A stretch of DNA of 64,000 nt. It comes from an uncultured delta proteobacterium. Its GTDB lineage: Bacteria > Desulfobacterota > Syntrophia > Syntrophales > UBA2192. This document shows, in pieces, positions 54,796 through 63,351 of the stretch. The notes under the pieces are model-generated. The model was not told where the DNA came from. It made no database searches and was given only the letters and a program-made list of their open reading frames with translations. The stretch lies in the NCBI GenBank assembly GCA_963705165.1, contig CAVPJD010000031.1, positions 34,819 through 98,818 on the forward strand, given 5' to 3'. Position 1 is the stretch's first letter; the number at the start of each line of letters is the position of its first letter. The position numbers were made by a program, and so were the translations under genes.

Positions 54796-55995
54796 ATGAA
54801 CGGTTCTTCGCGAAATGGCGGTTCCCTGTGGCCCTGTGTTCTTTCTTTCGTTTTCCTCGCTGCGGTTTTCTGCTGCAGCGCCAAGCAAGCCTGGGCCAAT
54901 CCGGAAAAAGACGCATCGAGCCGGAAGCAGAACATTTTCTTCTTCGAGGAGAAGTCCGCGACTTACAGCCGGGATATCGGCAAAGCGGGCGACAGGAAGG
55001 TCATCGACCAGCACACGGCCGAGTGCATGGAGGCCCCCGACTACCGGCTGGTGGCGGGGAAGAAGGCATCCAAAATGAAGTGTAAGCCCAACGGCCCCTT
55101 GAAGGACTTCCCGGTGTGCGGTGAAAAGGATGCAGCCTGGTGCGGCTCCTGCTGGATTAAAGAGGATAACACCTGGTGCTGCAAGAACCGGAAGGGTCCG
55201 GGGCAGCTGCCGGATTGCGGGAAAGATTCGTCGACCTGTCCGTATGCGGCCGGCTGCTACGAGAACGGAGTCTGTGCCAACATCTGCATGAAACCGCCGA
55301 AGAATCCAGGCGGACCAACCAACATCAAGATCACCAACTACAGCGCCAAGGATGTGACGATCGCCTTCGTCACGGCGGCGGCAAAAAAAGATAGCGCCTG
55401 CACGGACATCAACCGGATGATCTCCTACCAATGGGTCGCCGAAAACACCTCGTGGTGCAAGGACCCCACGCAGGAAGGCGGGGATGCGAACGCCGGGCAT
55501 TGCACGGGAGTCATTGAGTCAGGGCACTCCGTGGAGTTGATTCGAACCGGGAAGGATGCCGCCAAGTGCCTGTCCGGCGCGATTATGCTGGGCGGTAAAT
55601 TGTCCTGCCCTCAGCCGACCGGATTCACCCAGGGTGAGTTCACTCTCAACCCCACGGATACGTCGACGGAAGCGGTCGATATCAGCCTCGTGAACGGCGT
55701 AAATTACGCGCTGACTGTCAAATTCCCAGGCGACGCATGGGCCGTCCAGGACGGGGGAAAGCAGGTCTTCACTATCGGCCCGAACGAGGGGCTCCACGGG
55801 GACAACAACAAGAACGGGATCTTCCCTCCCGGATGCACCGATTGCATTCAGGCGATAGCCGGCCAAATCCCCTGCCCGGACATCACGGGGAACAACCCCA
55901 AATGCCAGCAGTCGCGCATCTGCAACATCTACCGGGCCGGCTGGACGGGCGGAACGGTCGAGTTCATCATCACCGACCTGCCGCCGCAAAAATGA
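54796..55995 (+). CDS. Secreted Cys-rich protein with thaumatin-like C-terminal domain
   Basis: Signal peptide. GGGAGG sits 7 nt before ATG 54796. The C-terminal half resembles the thaumatin/PR-5 family (IKITNYSAKDVTIAF; TQGEFTLNPTDTSTEAVDISLVNGVNYALTV; many paired Cys). Confidence 0.55.
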   Translation: MNGSSRNGGSLWPCVLSFVFLAAVFCCSAKQAWANPEKDASSRKQNIFFFEEKSATYSRDIGKAGDRKVIDQHTAECMEAPDYRLVAGKKASKMKCKPNGPLKDFPVCGEKDAAWCGSCWIKEDNTWCCKNRKGPGQLPDCGKDSSTCPYAAGCYENGVCANICMKPPKNPGGPTNIKITNYSAKDVTIAFVTAAAKKDSACTDINRMISYQWVAENTSWCKDPTQEGGDANAGHCTGVIESGHSVELIRTGKDAAKCLSGAIMLGGKLSCPQPTGFTQGEFTLNPTDTSTEAVDISLVNGVNYALTVKFPGDAWAVQDGGKQVFTIGPNEGLHGDNNKNGIFPPGCTDCIQAIAGQIPCPDITGNNPKCQQSRICNIYRAGWTGGTVEFIITDLPPQK

Positions 55996-56092
55996 TCGGC
56001 ATGTTGCGGACCTTCCCGGCGTTCCCGGACGGTCATCTCGGCAAAGATCGGGGGGCAGGCTCAAAACTTGACCTTTGCCTGCCCCCGGCCAT

Positions 56093-56115
56093 GGGGGTCA
56101 GGCCTGATTATTGAC
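56093..56115. repeat. GGGGTCAGG-type element (right end of cassette)
   Basis: gggggtcaggcctgattattgac, inverted relative to 54577-54598. Confidence 0.7.
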
Positions 56116-56227
56116 TTTTTCGCGTAGGCGATCGGACAGGTGCCGTTGAATGCCCTGCCGAGATGGAACCGCCAGTCGTGCGGACTTCGCTATTGACTTC
56201 CGCTCCCGCCCGCAGTAATGCCTCCCC

Positions 56228-57856
56228 ATGACACGAAAGCCTGCCGTCAAATCAGGGAACGTTACGACACGGCGCGCAGAGCCCCCGCTCGAGTTCACGG
56301 AGCCCTTCGAGCGGGCGCTGCGGCTCATGGAGGACTCGACCCGGCACGTCTTCGTCACGGGCCGCGCCGGAACCGGCAAGTCCACCCTGCTCAATTACTT
56401 CAAGGCAAACACCGCCAGGCAGGTGGCCGTTTTGGCCCCGACGGGCGTTGCGGCCATCAACGTGGCCGGCCAGACCATCCATTCCTTCTTCGGGTTCAAG
56501 CCCGACGTGACCCCCGAGACGGCCGGGAAAAAGCTCTGGGACGCGGATGCCGGGATCTACCGCAAGCTCGACGCCATCGTGATCGACGAGGTCTCCATGG
56601 TCCGGGCCGACCTGATGGACTGCGTGGACGCCTTCCTGAGGGTGAACGGCCCCGTGAAGGGCGCCCCCTTCGGCGGCCTGCAGATGATCCTCATCGGCGA
56701 TCTCTACCAGCTGCCGCCCGTAGTCGGCTCGGCCGAGCGGATGCTGTTCAAGACGCTCTACCTGAGCCCCTACTTCTTCAGCGCCCGTGTCTTCCAGGGC
56801 CTTGAGATGGAGTTCGTCGAGCTGGAGAAGATCTACCGCCAGCAGGACGACCGCTTCATCGACCTGCTCAACGCCATCCGCAACCGCACGGTCACGGAGG
56901 AGGACCTGGCCCTTCTCAACTCGCGCCTCGATCCGGACTTCGAGCCCCCCGCCGACGAGTACTACATCCACCTGACCAGCACCAACGACCTGGCCGACCG
57001 CTACAACGAGGAGCAGCTCAAAAAGCTCAAGGGCAGGACCTGGACCTCGCAGGGCATCGTCGAGGGGGAATTCGGGAGAGAGTACCTGCCGACGGCGCCC
57101 GAGCTGAAGCTCAAGAAAGGGGCCCAGGTCATGCTGCTCAACAACGATACCTGGGGCCGCTGGGTAAACGGGACCATCGGGCGGATCACGGGCTTTGTCA
57201 AGGATCCCGAGGCGGGCGCCCTGGTCCGGGTCCGTCGAAACGACGGCGGGACGGTCGAGGTGGCGCCCTTCACCTGGCAGATCTTCCGATTCCTCCTGAG
57301 GGACGGCGGCCTGGAGTCGGAGGCGATCGGCACCTTCACCCAGTTCCCGCTGAGGCTGGCCTTCGCCGTGACCATCCACAAGAGCCAGGGGAAGACCTTC
57401 GAGCGGGCGATCATCGACGTGGGCCGGGGGACCTTCGCCCCGGGCCAGATGTACGTGGCCCTTTCGCGCTGCACGAGCCTCGAGGGCATCGTGCTGCGCA
57501 AGCCCCTTCGCAGGCAGAACATCCTGCTGGACTGGGCGGTGGTCCGCTACTTGACCCGCAGCCAGTACGACCAGGCCGCAAAGAGCCAGACCCTGGAGGA
57601 CAAGCTGCGGATCCTGCAGGAAGCCATCCAAAGCAAGCAGCCCCTGGAGATGGTCTACCTGAAGGGGACCGATGTCAAGAGCCGAAGAACGGTGAAACCG
57701 CTCCACCTGGGCGAGATGGAATACGCGGGCCGCCCCTTCCTGGGACTCGAGGCCTGGTGCCTGAAACGGCGCGACAGGCGGGTCTTCAACGTGGAGAAGA
57801 TTCTCAGCCTTCAGCCGGTTGCTGAAAAAGCTCCCGATTCGAGAGTGAAGAGTTGA
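56228..57856 (+). CDS. PIF1/RecD-like SF1 DNA helicase with WYL-like C-terminal domain
   Basis: VTGRAGTGKSTLL Walker A, IVIDEVSMV, TIHKSQGKTFE. C-terminal LEMVYLKGTDVKSRRTVKPLHLG...AWCLKRRDRRVFNVEKI resembles a WYL domain. Confidence 0.85.
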   Translation: MTRKPAVKSGNVTTRRAEPPLEFTEPFERALRLMEDSTRHVFVTGRAGTGKSTLLNYFKANTARQVAVLAPTGVAAINVAGQTIHSFFGFKPDVTPETAGKKLWDADAGIYRKLDAIVIDEVSMVRADLMDCVDAFLRVNGPVKGAPFGGLQMILIGDLYQLPPVVGSAERMLFKTLYLSPYFFSARVFQGLEMEFVELEKIYRQQDDRFIDLLNAIRNRTVTEEDLALLNSRLDPDFEPPADEYYIHLTSTNDLADRYNEEQLKKLKGRTWTSQGIVEGEFGREYLPTAPELKLKKGAQVMLLNNDTWGRWVNGTIGRITGFVKDPEAGALVRVRRNDGGTVEVAPFTWQIFRFLLRDGGLESEAIGTFTQFPLRLAFAVTIHKSQGKTFERAIIDVGRGTFAPGQMYVALSRCTSLEGIVLRKPLRRQNILLDWAVVRYLTRSQYDQAAKSQTLEDKLRILQEAIQSKQPLEMVYLKGTDVKSRRTVKPLHLGEMEYAGRPFLGLEAWCLKRRDRRVFNVEKILSLQPVAEKAPDSRVKS

Positions 57857-57863
57857 GCCCGGC

Positions 57864-58118
57864 TCAGCAGTTCTGCCCCGCAGGGCACTTGCAGGTGCCG
57901 CTCTTGACGGCCTCGGAGCGCTTCTTCTGGGCGTCGGTGCGGTTGTCGTAGTGGCCCAGGCAGTCGTTCGTGCCGCGCTGGTCCTTCATCTTCTTGTGAT
58001 CGCGCGTGTCGATCTCGCACTCCCCGTTCTGGAGCTTGTAGACGTGGTACTTGTCGGCGGCAAGAGACGGGGTGCAGAGAAGCAGAACCGCCGCCAAGCC
58101 GATCGCGATGAAACGCAT
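57864..58118 (-). CDS. Small secreted Cys-containing protein (84 aa)
   Basis: Signal peptide MRFIAIGLAAVLLLCTPSLAA. AAAGGAG RBS. Six Cys, including the C-terminal CKCPAGQNC. Confidence 0.55.
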   Translation of the reverse strand: MRFIAIGLAAVLLLCTPSLAADKYHVYKLQNGECEIDTRDHKKMKDQRGTNDCLGHYDNRTDAQKKRSEAVKSGTCKCPAGQNC

Positions 58119-58237
58119 GATTTCTCCTTTCCGGCTCCCCTGAAGGGAGCTGTCTGCACGAGGATATTGCGGCCAATCTGGCGACACGGCGGGCGGCATG
58201 AAGCCCCCGCGGCCAGGCCTGTGACGGGCCCATCGTC

Positions 58238-59983
58238 TCAGCGGCTGCAGGGATTGCAGTCCCAGGTTGCCCCGAGCGATTCATACCCGTCGGGCACATC
58301 GCCTCCCTGGCCGCAATGGGTGCCGCCCAGCTCCCCGCAGGAAGGCCCCCTGCGGCAGCAGGCCCTGCAATCGTTCGAGACACCCAGGGACTCATACCCT
58401 CCGGGGCAGGAGCCGCTCTGGCTGCAGTGGTCGCCTCCCATGGCCCCGCAACTCTGTCCGCATTCACCGCACCAGACGATGTTTCCGCAGTTGTCCGCCT
58501 GCCAGCCACATCGCCCCGCGGGGCACCCCGTCGACTGGCATGGCTTGAGCCTGCAGCAGGGGCTGCAGTCCCAGGAATACCCGAGAGAGATGAAGCCTTG
58601 GGGGCAGGAGCCGGCTGGGCTGCAGTAATCGCCGCCCAGCTGTCCGCAGGACGGGCCCTTGCGGCAGCAGGCGCTGCAGTCGCCCGAAGCCCCGAGGAAC
58701 TGATACCCCGCCGGACAGGCACCGTCCTGGCTGCAGTGATCGCCGCCCAGCTCCCCGCAGGACGCCTTCTTGCGGCAGCACGCCGCGCAATCGCTCGATG
58801 CTCCGAGGGGCTCATGTCCCGCAGGACAGGTCCGGCTCTGGCTGCACACATTGCCGCCCATCTCCCCGCACGTCCTGGAGGGCTTCCAGCATTGGCGGGG
58901 TTCACAGGCCGGCCCCGTGCAGCCCGGCACAGTGATGACACTCTGCACGCAGGTCGAGCCGGATTCGCTCTCGCAGGCTGCCCGCCGGTCCTGGCTGTAG
59001 GCCCCCACCGATTCGCACGTCGGCGTCGCCGGCGTCGCCGCGAGGACCGGGTTGTAACAGCACTGGGCCCCGAACTCGCAGACGTTGCCGGGCAGCCAGT
59101 CGCCGCAGACGTTGCCGGACTCCGCGTTGAGGGGCGCATCGGCGTAGCAGCATCCCTCCGACACATCGACGCAGGTCGTCCGGACGTAATCGATAGTCCA
59201 ATCGCCTTTCATCCCCTCGCGGGTCATGCCGCAGTCGGCCCCCCTCCGGCAGACCCAGTGAATGGCGACGTCGCAATGCTTCACCCTGCACATCCTGCAC
59301 CTCTCGTCGCGGCCCCCTCCACCGCCGCCGGGGCCCTCGGAGCCGATCTGCTCATCATACTTGTTGATGAGATTCGCCGCGTCCTGATCGCACGGTGTCG
59401 GAGCGGCCGGGTTGGATTTGTCATTGGGGTTGTCGCTCACGGGCCCGCTCATGACCGATACGGAGGGAGGGCATGAAACGCAGTCGGGAAGTCCGAACGT
59501 GTGCCCGGCTTCATGGGACGCGACGATCAGAAGAGCGCCGAGGTCCGTCACAGCCGGATCGATGTAGACCTCCGCCCGGTGAAGATAATTGCCAGCCGTG
59601 CTGTTGAACGGCTGCATTTCCCCGCGCGCATGACCCGGGGTCGTCACCGCCTTCACATCCACCTGGACGGTGTTCCTCCCCGTGGCCCTTTCAACATTTC
59701 TAGAGAAATTGAACCGCACACCGGACCCGCCGGCACCCGCCCAGCCACCGAGCGCCGCCCTGATCGCCGAGGCTTGATCGTGGGTAAAATCCGGACTGAT
59801 GTTGACGCGGACGGTTGCACCTTTCGACCAGGCATTCGCGGGCTCGCCGAGTTGCTGGAGAACATGCAGCGCATTGGGGTCGCAACCCTCTGCGTATGCT
59901 GGCGATGTCCCATAGCCGATGCAGAATGCATACACAGCGATCGCAGCACAGCCGCATAACAAGCCGATTCCAAGCTTCCGCAT
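58238..59983 (-). CDS. Secreted zinc metalloprotease (snapalysin/M7-like HExxHxxGLPD) with C-terminal tandem Cys-rich modules
   Basis: Signal peptide. VASHEAGHTFGLPDC. Gly-rich linker, then a Cys-rich region with five 34-37-aa modules of the form SCGELGGDHCSQxGxCPxGYxxLGxSxDCxxCCRxGP. Confidence 0.75.
   Translation of the reverse strand: MRKLGIGLLCGCAAIAVYAFCIGYGTSPAYAEGCDPNALHVLQQLGEPANAWSKGATVRVNISPDFTHDQASAIRAALGGWAGAGGSGVRFNFSRNVERATGRNTVQVDVKAVTTPGHARGEMQPFNSTAGNYLHRAEVYIDPAVTDLGALLIVASHEAGHTFGLPDCVSCPPSVSVMSGPVSDNPNDKSNPAAPTPCDQDAANLINKYDEQIGSEGPGGGGGGRDERCRMCRVKHCDVAIHWVCRRGADCGMTREGMKGDWTIDYVRTTCVDVSEGCCYADAPLNAESGNVCGDWLPGNVCEFGAQCCYNPVLAATPATPTCESVGAYSQDRRAACESESGSTCVQSVITVPGCTGPACEPRQCWKPSRTCGEMGGNVCSQSRTCPAGHEPLGASSDCAACCRKKASCGELGGDHCSQDGACPAGYQFLGASGDCSACCRKGPSCGQLGGDYCSPAGSCPQGFISLGYSWDCSPCCRLKPCQSTGCPAGRCGWQADNCGNIVWCGECGQSCGAMGGDHCSQSGSCPGGYESLGVSNDCRACCRRGPSCGELGGTHCGQGGDVPDGYESLGATWDCNPCSR
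58241..58873 (-). repeat. In-frame tandem repeats (111-nt period) encoding the Cys-rich modules
   Basis: Module boundaries: 58763-58873, 58652-58762, 58541-58651, an 87-nt insert at 58454-58540, then 58343-58453 and 58241-58342. Confidence 0.8.
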
Positions 59984-60328
59984 TTTTCCCTCCCCGCTGC
60001 TGTATATCGACGTTTCCTTATCATATACTCCTCCCCATAATGCAACGCAAATCCGCCGTGAGATGCATATTCACGCATTTGGAGGACGGTTGAGATCATA
60101 AGTGTACAGCAATTATGTTACGCAGGTTTCAGCCCTGTGGACAAGTGGGTCTTGTGCATCAGCCGTGACACCCCTTCTCGAAAAACCCGCCCGCAGGGCC
60201 GATCTCCCGTTGACAACAACTCTTGCTTCGGATAAGGAAAGCCATCCCGAACGGAAACTGCCCACAGGGCAGACACAAATGACGTGATGTGCTTTAGGCG
60301 GAGGGAGGGCAGCTTGAAGTGACGAATC

Positions 60329-60363
60329 ATCCCCGTGTCTCGACAGAGAGCGGGGATTTTTTT
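60329..60363 (+). terminator. Terminator-like hairpin abutting the RBS of the large secreted-protein gene (possible attenuator)
   Basis: ATCCCCG, 15-nt loop, CGGGGAT, then a T7 run. AGGAGGG (60364-60370) and ATG 60376 follow. Confidence 0.5.
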
Positions 60364-60375
60364 AGGAGGGGGACT

Positions 60376-63216
60376 ATGGCGGCCAGGCTCATTCTCATCA
60401 TCTTACTGATCTTCTGTGCGAGTTCGATTGCGGATGCCTCCACCGAGTACTACGTGGATATCTCCGTGACGGAAACCGGATCGACGGAGCGGCTCAAGGG
60501 TGCAACGATCATCTTCAAGACGCCCGACTGGAAGACCTCGGCCGTGGAGCAGTGGTCCCGGCCCGGATACTATTACGCCACCGTGCTCGTCGATCACAAA
60601 CTGAGGAAGCAGGAGACGTTCCAGGTCAGCGTCAGCGTGAAAGGCTACGAACCCGAGACGGCGAGCCTGACGCTGAAAACCGGGGATCCGACGAATCAAA
60701 AAATCGAGTTCAACCTTAAGCGAATCATCCAGGGCCAGCTCGTCCACGTCACGGTGCTTCGCTCCGACAATAACAGGCCTATCAACGAGGCGCGCGTCCG
60801 GATCGGGTTCGAGGCGGGCAACACCGGCTTCGACGGGAAGATCACCCTCCAGGTCACCGACCCGGGCGAAAAGGGAACCCAATTGCTCGAACTGAGCCAG
60901 GGCTTCCACGAGTCTCTCACGACACCGATCCCCATCAAGCGCTACGACGACGATGCCAAGCAGCAGTTCATCACCTGCCGGCTCAAGCCCAGGGACAACT
61001 ACTCTGCGCCGCCGGGGAGCTGCGACCCCGGAAAGACGGAACCTTACGACCCCACGGCGGGCCCTGTGGCCCTCAAGCTCGTCATCCGGGTGAGGGACAG
61101 AAGCGACCGGGACCGGTTCGACGAAAGCAGGCTGAAGCTGGACAACGCCGCCGTGACCCTCACGAAGTCATCGGGCGAAACAGAGACGAAACCGACGACA
61201 TCGGAAGGCAACGCGGAGTTCACTCTGGACCCCGGCCGTGATGCGGGAAGAAACTTCACCGTCAAGGTTGTCCGTTCCGGCTACACCGATGCGACGGCCA
61301 TCGTCCCGGGATCGGCGCTGACGCCGGGAACCAAGCCCGTCCACTGGACCGTGGATCTCGACAGTTGCGACGTGGTCGGCGAGGCGATCACGGCCCTGTG
61401 GGCGACGATTACCCCAAAGCGCCAGGCCCTCGCCGAGGCCTGCAGCGGCCTCAACACGGTGGATGACCCCGTCTCGCAGTACTTCGTGGCCGGCCGAACC
61501 CTCTCCCTGGGGCTGAACCGGTTTCACCAGATGGTGACGACGGCTTCCCAGGAGTGCCTGCAGGTGCCCTCGCTGAGGGCCCAGATCGGAAGCCTCGCCG
61601 GCACGGCCGGGCAGAAGGAGTCCCTGCTGAAAGCCAGGCTCGATGAGGCCAACGCGATCGTCTGCAAGACGAACGCCGACGCCAGGCAACTCGAGGCCCT
61701 CTGGAACGAGATCCGGCCCCTGGCCTGGGAGGTGCACCTCAACGCGGGGAAGGCCGAGGGGATCAACAACCGGCTCAAGGGCATCATCGCCAGGGCCGAC
61801 GCCCTTTACGCTCGCTTCGACAAGGCCGACCAGGACACGCCCGTACCGCTCTCCCAGTTCCCGCAGAAGTTCCGGGAGCTCTCGACAAATCTCAAGGCCC
61901 ACCGGGACAGCACCGTCACCCCGGCCTACAACAAGGTCAAGGAAAAGAAGGGGGCCTTGCGCAAGGCGATCGACGAGGCCATCGCCTCCATCGACGGAAT
62001 CGCCGCGGGCGCGGGGGCCTCGTCGGACCGCAGGGTCAGCGCCTTCAAGAACCAGGCCGGCGCGCTGAGGCCCGATGACTCCAAGCCCTGCGACGAAGGG
62101 TTTAGCAAGTCGAACATCGACAAGATGATCGAGAAATTCGAGAACGGGCAGGCGCCGCTGGATAAATGGGTGGAGGACACGAAGAACATACCCCTCTGCT
62201 ACGGCCAGAAGGCCGAGGACGACCTCGCCGCCCAGGCCTACGCCTCCACGCTGATCCTGCGCTACGCCGTCGATAGCGACATCCCGGGGAAGATCAGCGG
62301 CTGCAAGGTCGCTGCCACGGGAAAGCCCCCCGCAGCGCCCGCTGTTACCACGCCAGCGAAACCCGGAAAAGTGATGAACGCCTTCGGCATCTACCCGCGG
62401 GAGATCACGCTGGCTCCGGGCGAGCTAAAGGAGTTCCAGGCCTACGTGGTATGGTCCGACGGCATCACCGAGGACATCTCCACGCAGCCCACGGTCCGCT
62501 GGCCCCCCAAAGGAAGGCAGTTCCGCTCCGAGAAGGAGGGCACGTATTATCTCACCGTGAAGGCCAAGCTCGACATGGAGCGAACGGACACGGCCACGAT
62601 CCAGGTGAAAGCCCCGATGAGCCTCCAGGGGCCGGCATCGGCAAAGGTCGGCGAGGACGTCACCGTCCAGGCCATCCTCTCGTCCCCGAAGCCGGGCGTG
62701 AAACACAAGTACACCTGGAGCCTCGACGGGCAGGCCCTGGCCGGAAACGAGGCCTCCCAGCGCTTCCGCCTCACCCGCGAGGGGAACAACACGCTGCGCG
62801 CCGCGGCCTGGAGATGGGTCGGCAACAAGTGGGATCAGGCGGCCGAGGCAAGCCTCGTGATCTACGGGCAGGCGGCAGCGCCCGTCCAGGTCTCCATCGT
62901 CGGGCCTGACCGGGTGACCGTGCAGGACAGCCCGGTGAACGCCTCCTTCGAGGCGCGGCTCTCGCCGGAATCCCCCAGGGAGCAGTACTTCTACCGCTGG
63001 GGCGCCACGGGCCCCGGGGGGCCGCGGACCTTCAACAGCCAGACCCGCCTGCAGACGATCGCCGCGCGAACGCCCGGCACCTACGAGATCCAGGTCAACG
63101 TCTGGAAGTACGTCAACAACACCTGGCTCTACGTGGGCAAGGCGAGCCGCCCCTTTGCCATCTTCCAGGGAACGGGCACAGGCCGGAGCTACACGTCAAA
63201 ACCTTCCGGGCGCTGA
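60376..63216 (+). CDS. Large secreted protein (946 aa) with beta-sandwich N-terminal repeats, a helical middle and Ig-like (Big_2/PKD-like) C-terminal repeats
   Basis: Signal peptide MAARLILIILLIFCASSIADA. Big_2-like ITLAPGELKEFQAYVVWSDGITEDIS. Repeated YTWSLDG / YFYRWGATG modules. Confidence 0.72.
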   Translation: MAARLILIILLIFCASSIADASTEYYVDISVTETGSTERLKGATIIFKTPDWKTSAVEQWSRPGYYYATVLVDHKLRKQETFQVSVSVKGYEPETASLTLKTGDPTNQKIEFNLKRIIQGQLVHVTVLRSDNNRPINEARVRIGFEAGNTGFDGKITLQVTDPGEKGTQLLELSQGFHESLTTPIPIKRYDDDAKQQFITCRLKPRDNYSAPPGSCDPGKTEPYDPTAGPVALKLVIRVRDRSDRDRFDESRLKLDNAAVTLTKSSGETETKPTTSEGNAEFTLDPGRDAGRNFTVKVVRSGYTDATAIVPGSALTPGTKPVHWTVDLDSCDVVGEAITALWATITPKRQALAEACSGLNTVDDPVSQYFVAGRTLSLGLNRFHQMVTTASQECLQVPSLRAQIGSLAGTAGQKESLLKARLDEANAIVCKTNADARQLEALWNEIRPLAWEVHLNAGKAEGINNRLKGIIARADALYARFDKADQDTPVPLSQFPQKFRELSTNLKAHRDSTVTPAYNKVKEKKGALRKAIDEAIASIDGIAAGAGASSDRRVSAFKNQAGALRPDDSKPCDEGFSKSNIDKMIEKFENGQAPLDKWVEDTKNIPLCYGQKAEDDLAAQAYASTLILRYAVDSDIPGKISGCKVAATGKPPAAPAVTTPAKPGKVMNAFGIYPREITLAPGELKEFQAYVVWSDGITEDISTQPTVRWPPKGRQFRSEKEGTYYLTVKAKLDMERTDTATIQVKAPMSLQGPASAKVGEDVTVQAILSSPKPGVKHKYTWSLDGQALAGNEASQRFRLTREGNNTLRAAAWRWVGNKWDQAAEASLVIYGQAAAPVQVSIVGPDRVTVQDSPVNASFEARLSPESPREQYFYRWGATGPGGPRTFNSQTRLQTIAARTPGTYEIQVNVWKYVNNTWLYVGKASRPFAIFQGTGTGRSYTSKPSGR

Positions 63217-63292
63217 TCGACGGATGCATTCCCGACTGCGCGGGCATGACAAGGGCATAGAAGGAATCGGAATAACCGATCGGCCATGAAGT

Positions 63293-63329
63293 AAAAAAAT
63301 CCCCGCACTCATGCGGGGATTTTCTTTTT
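63293..63329 (+). terminator. Intrinsic terminator
   Basis: aaaaaaATCCCCGCA-ctca-TGCGGGGATtttcttttt. Confidence 0.85.
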
Positions 63330-63351
63330 CCGGAGGTGTGCGGCCTTTTTT

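Noticed and set aside
58241-58873. Possible CRISPR array or other non-coding tandem repeat
   Set aside because: The 111-nt period is in frame and encodes the Cys-rich protein modules. There is no repeat-spacer structure. The heptad arrays elsewhere have 7-nt units and no spacers. No cas genes are in the window.
56252-59476. Long ORFs 56252-57706 (minus), 57811-59166 (minus, other frame) and 58316-59476 (plus) overlapping the helicase and the metalloprotease
   Set aside because: Ala/Arg/Pro/Gly-rich translations without motifs. The chosen frames carry signal peptides, RBSs and catalytic motifs.
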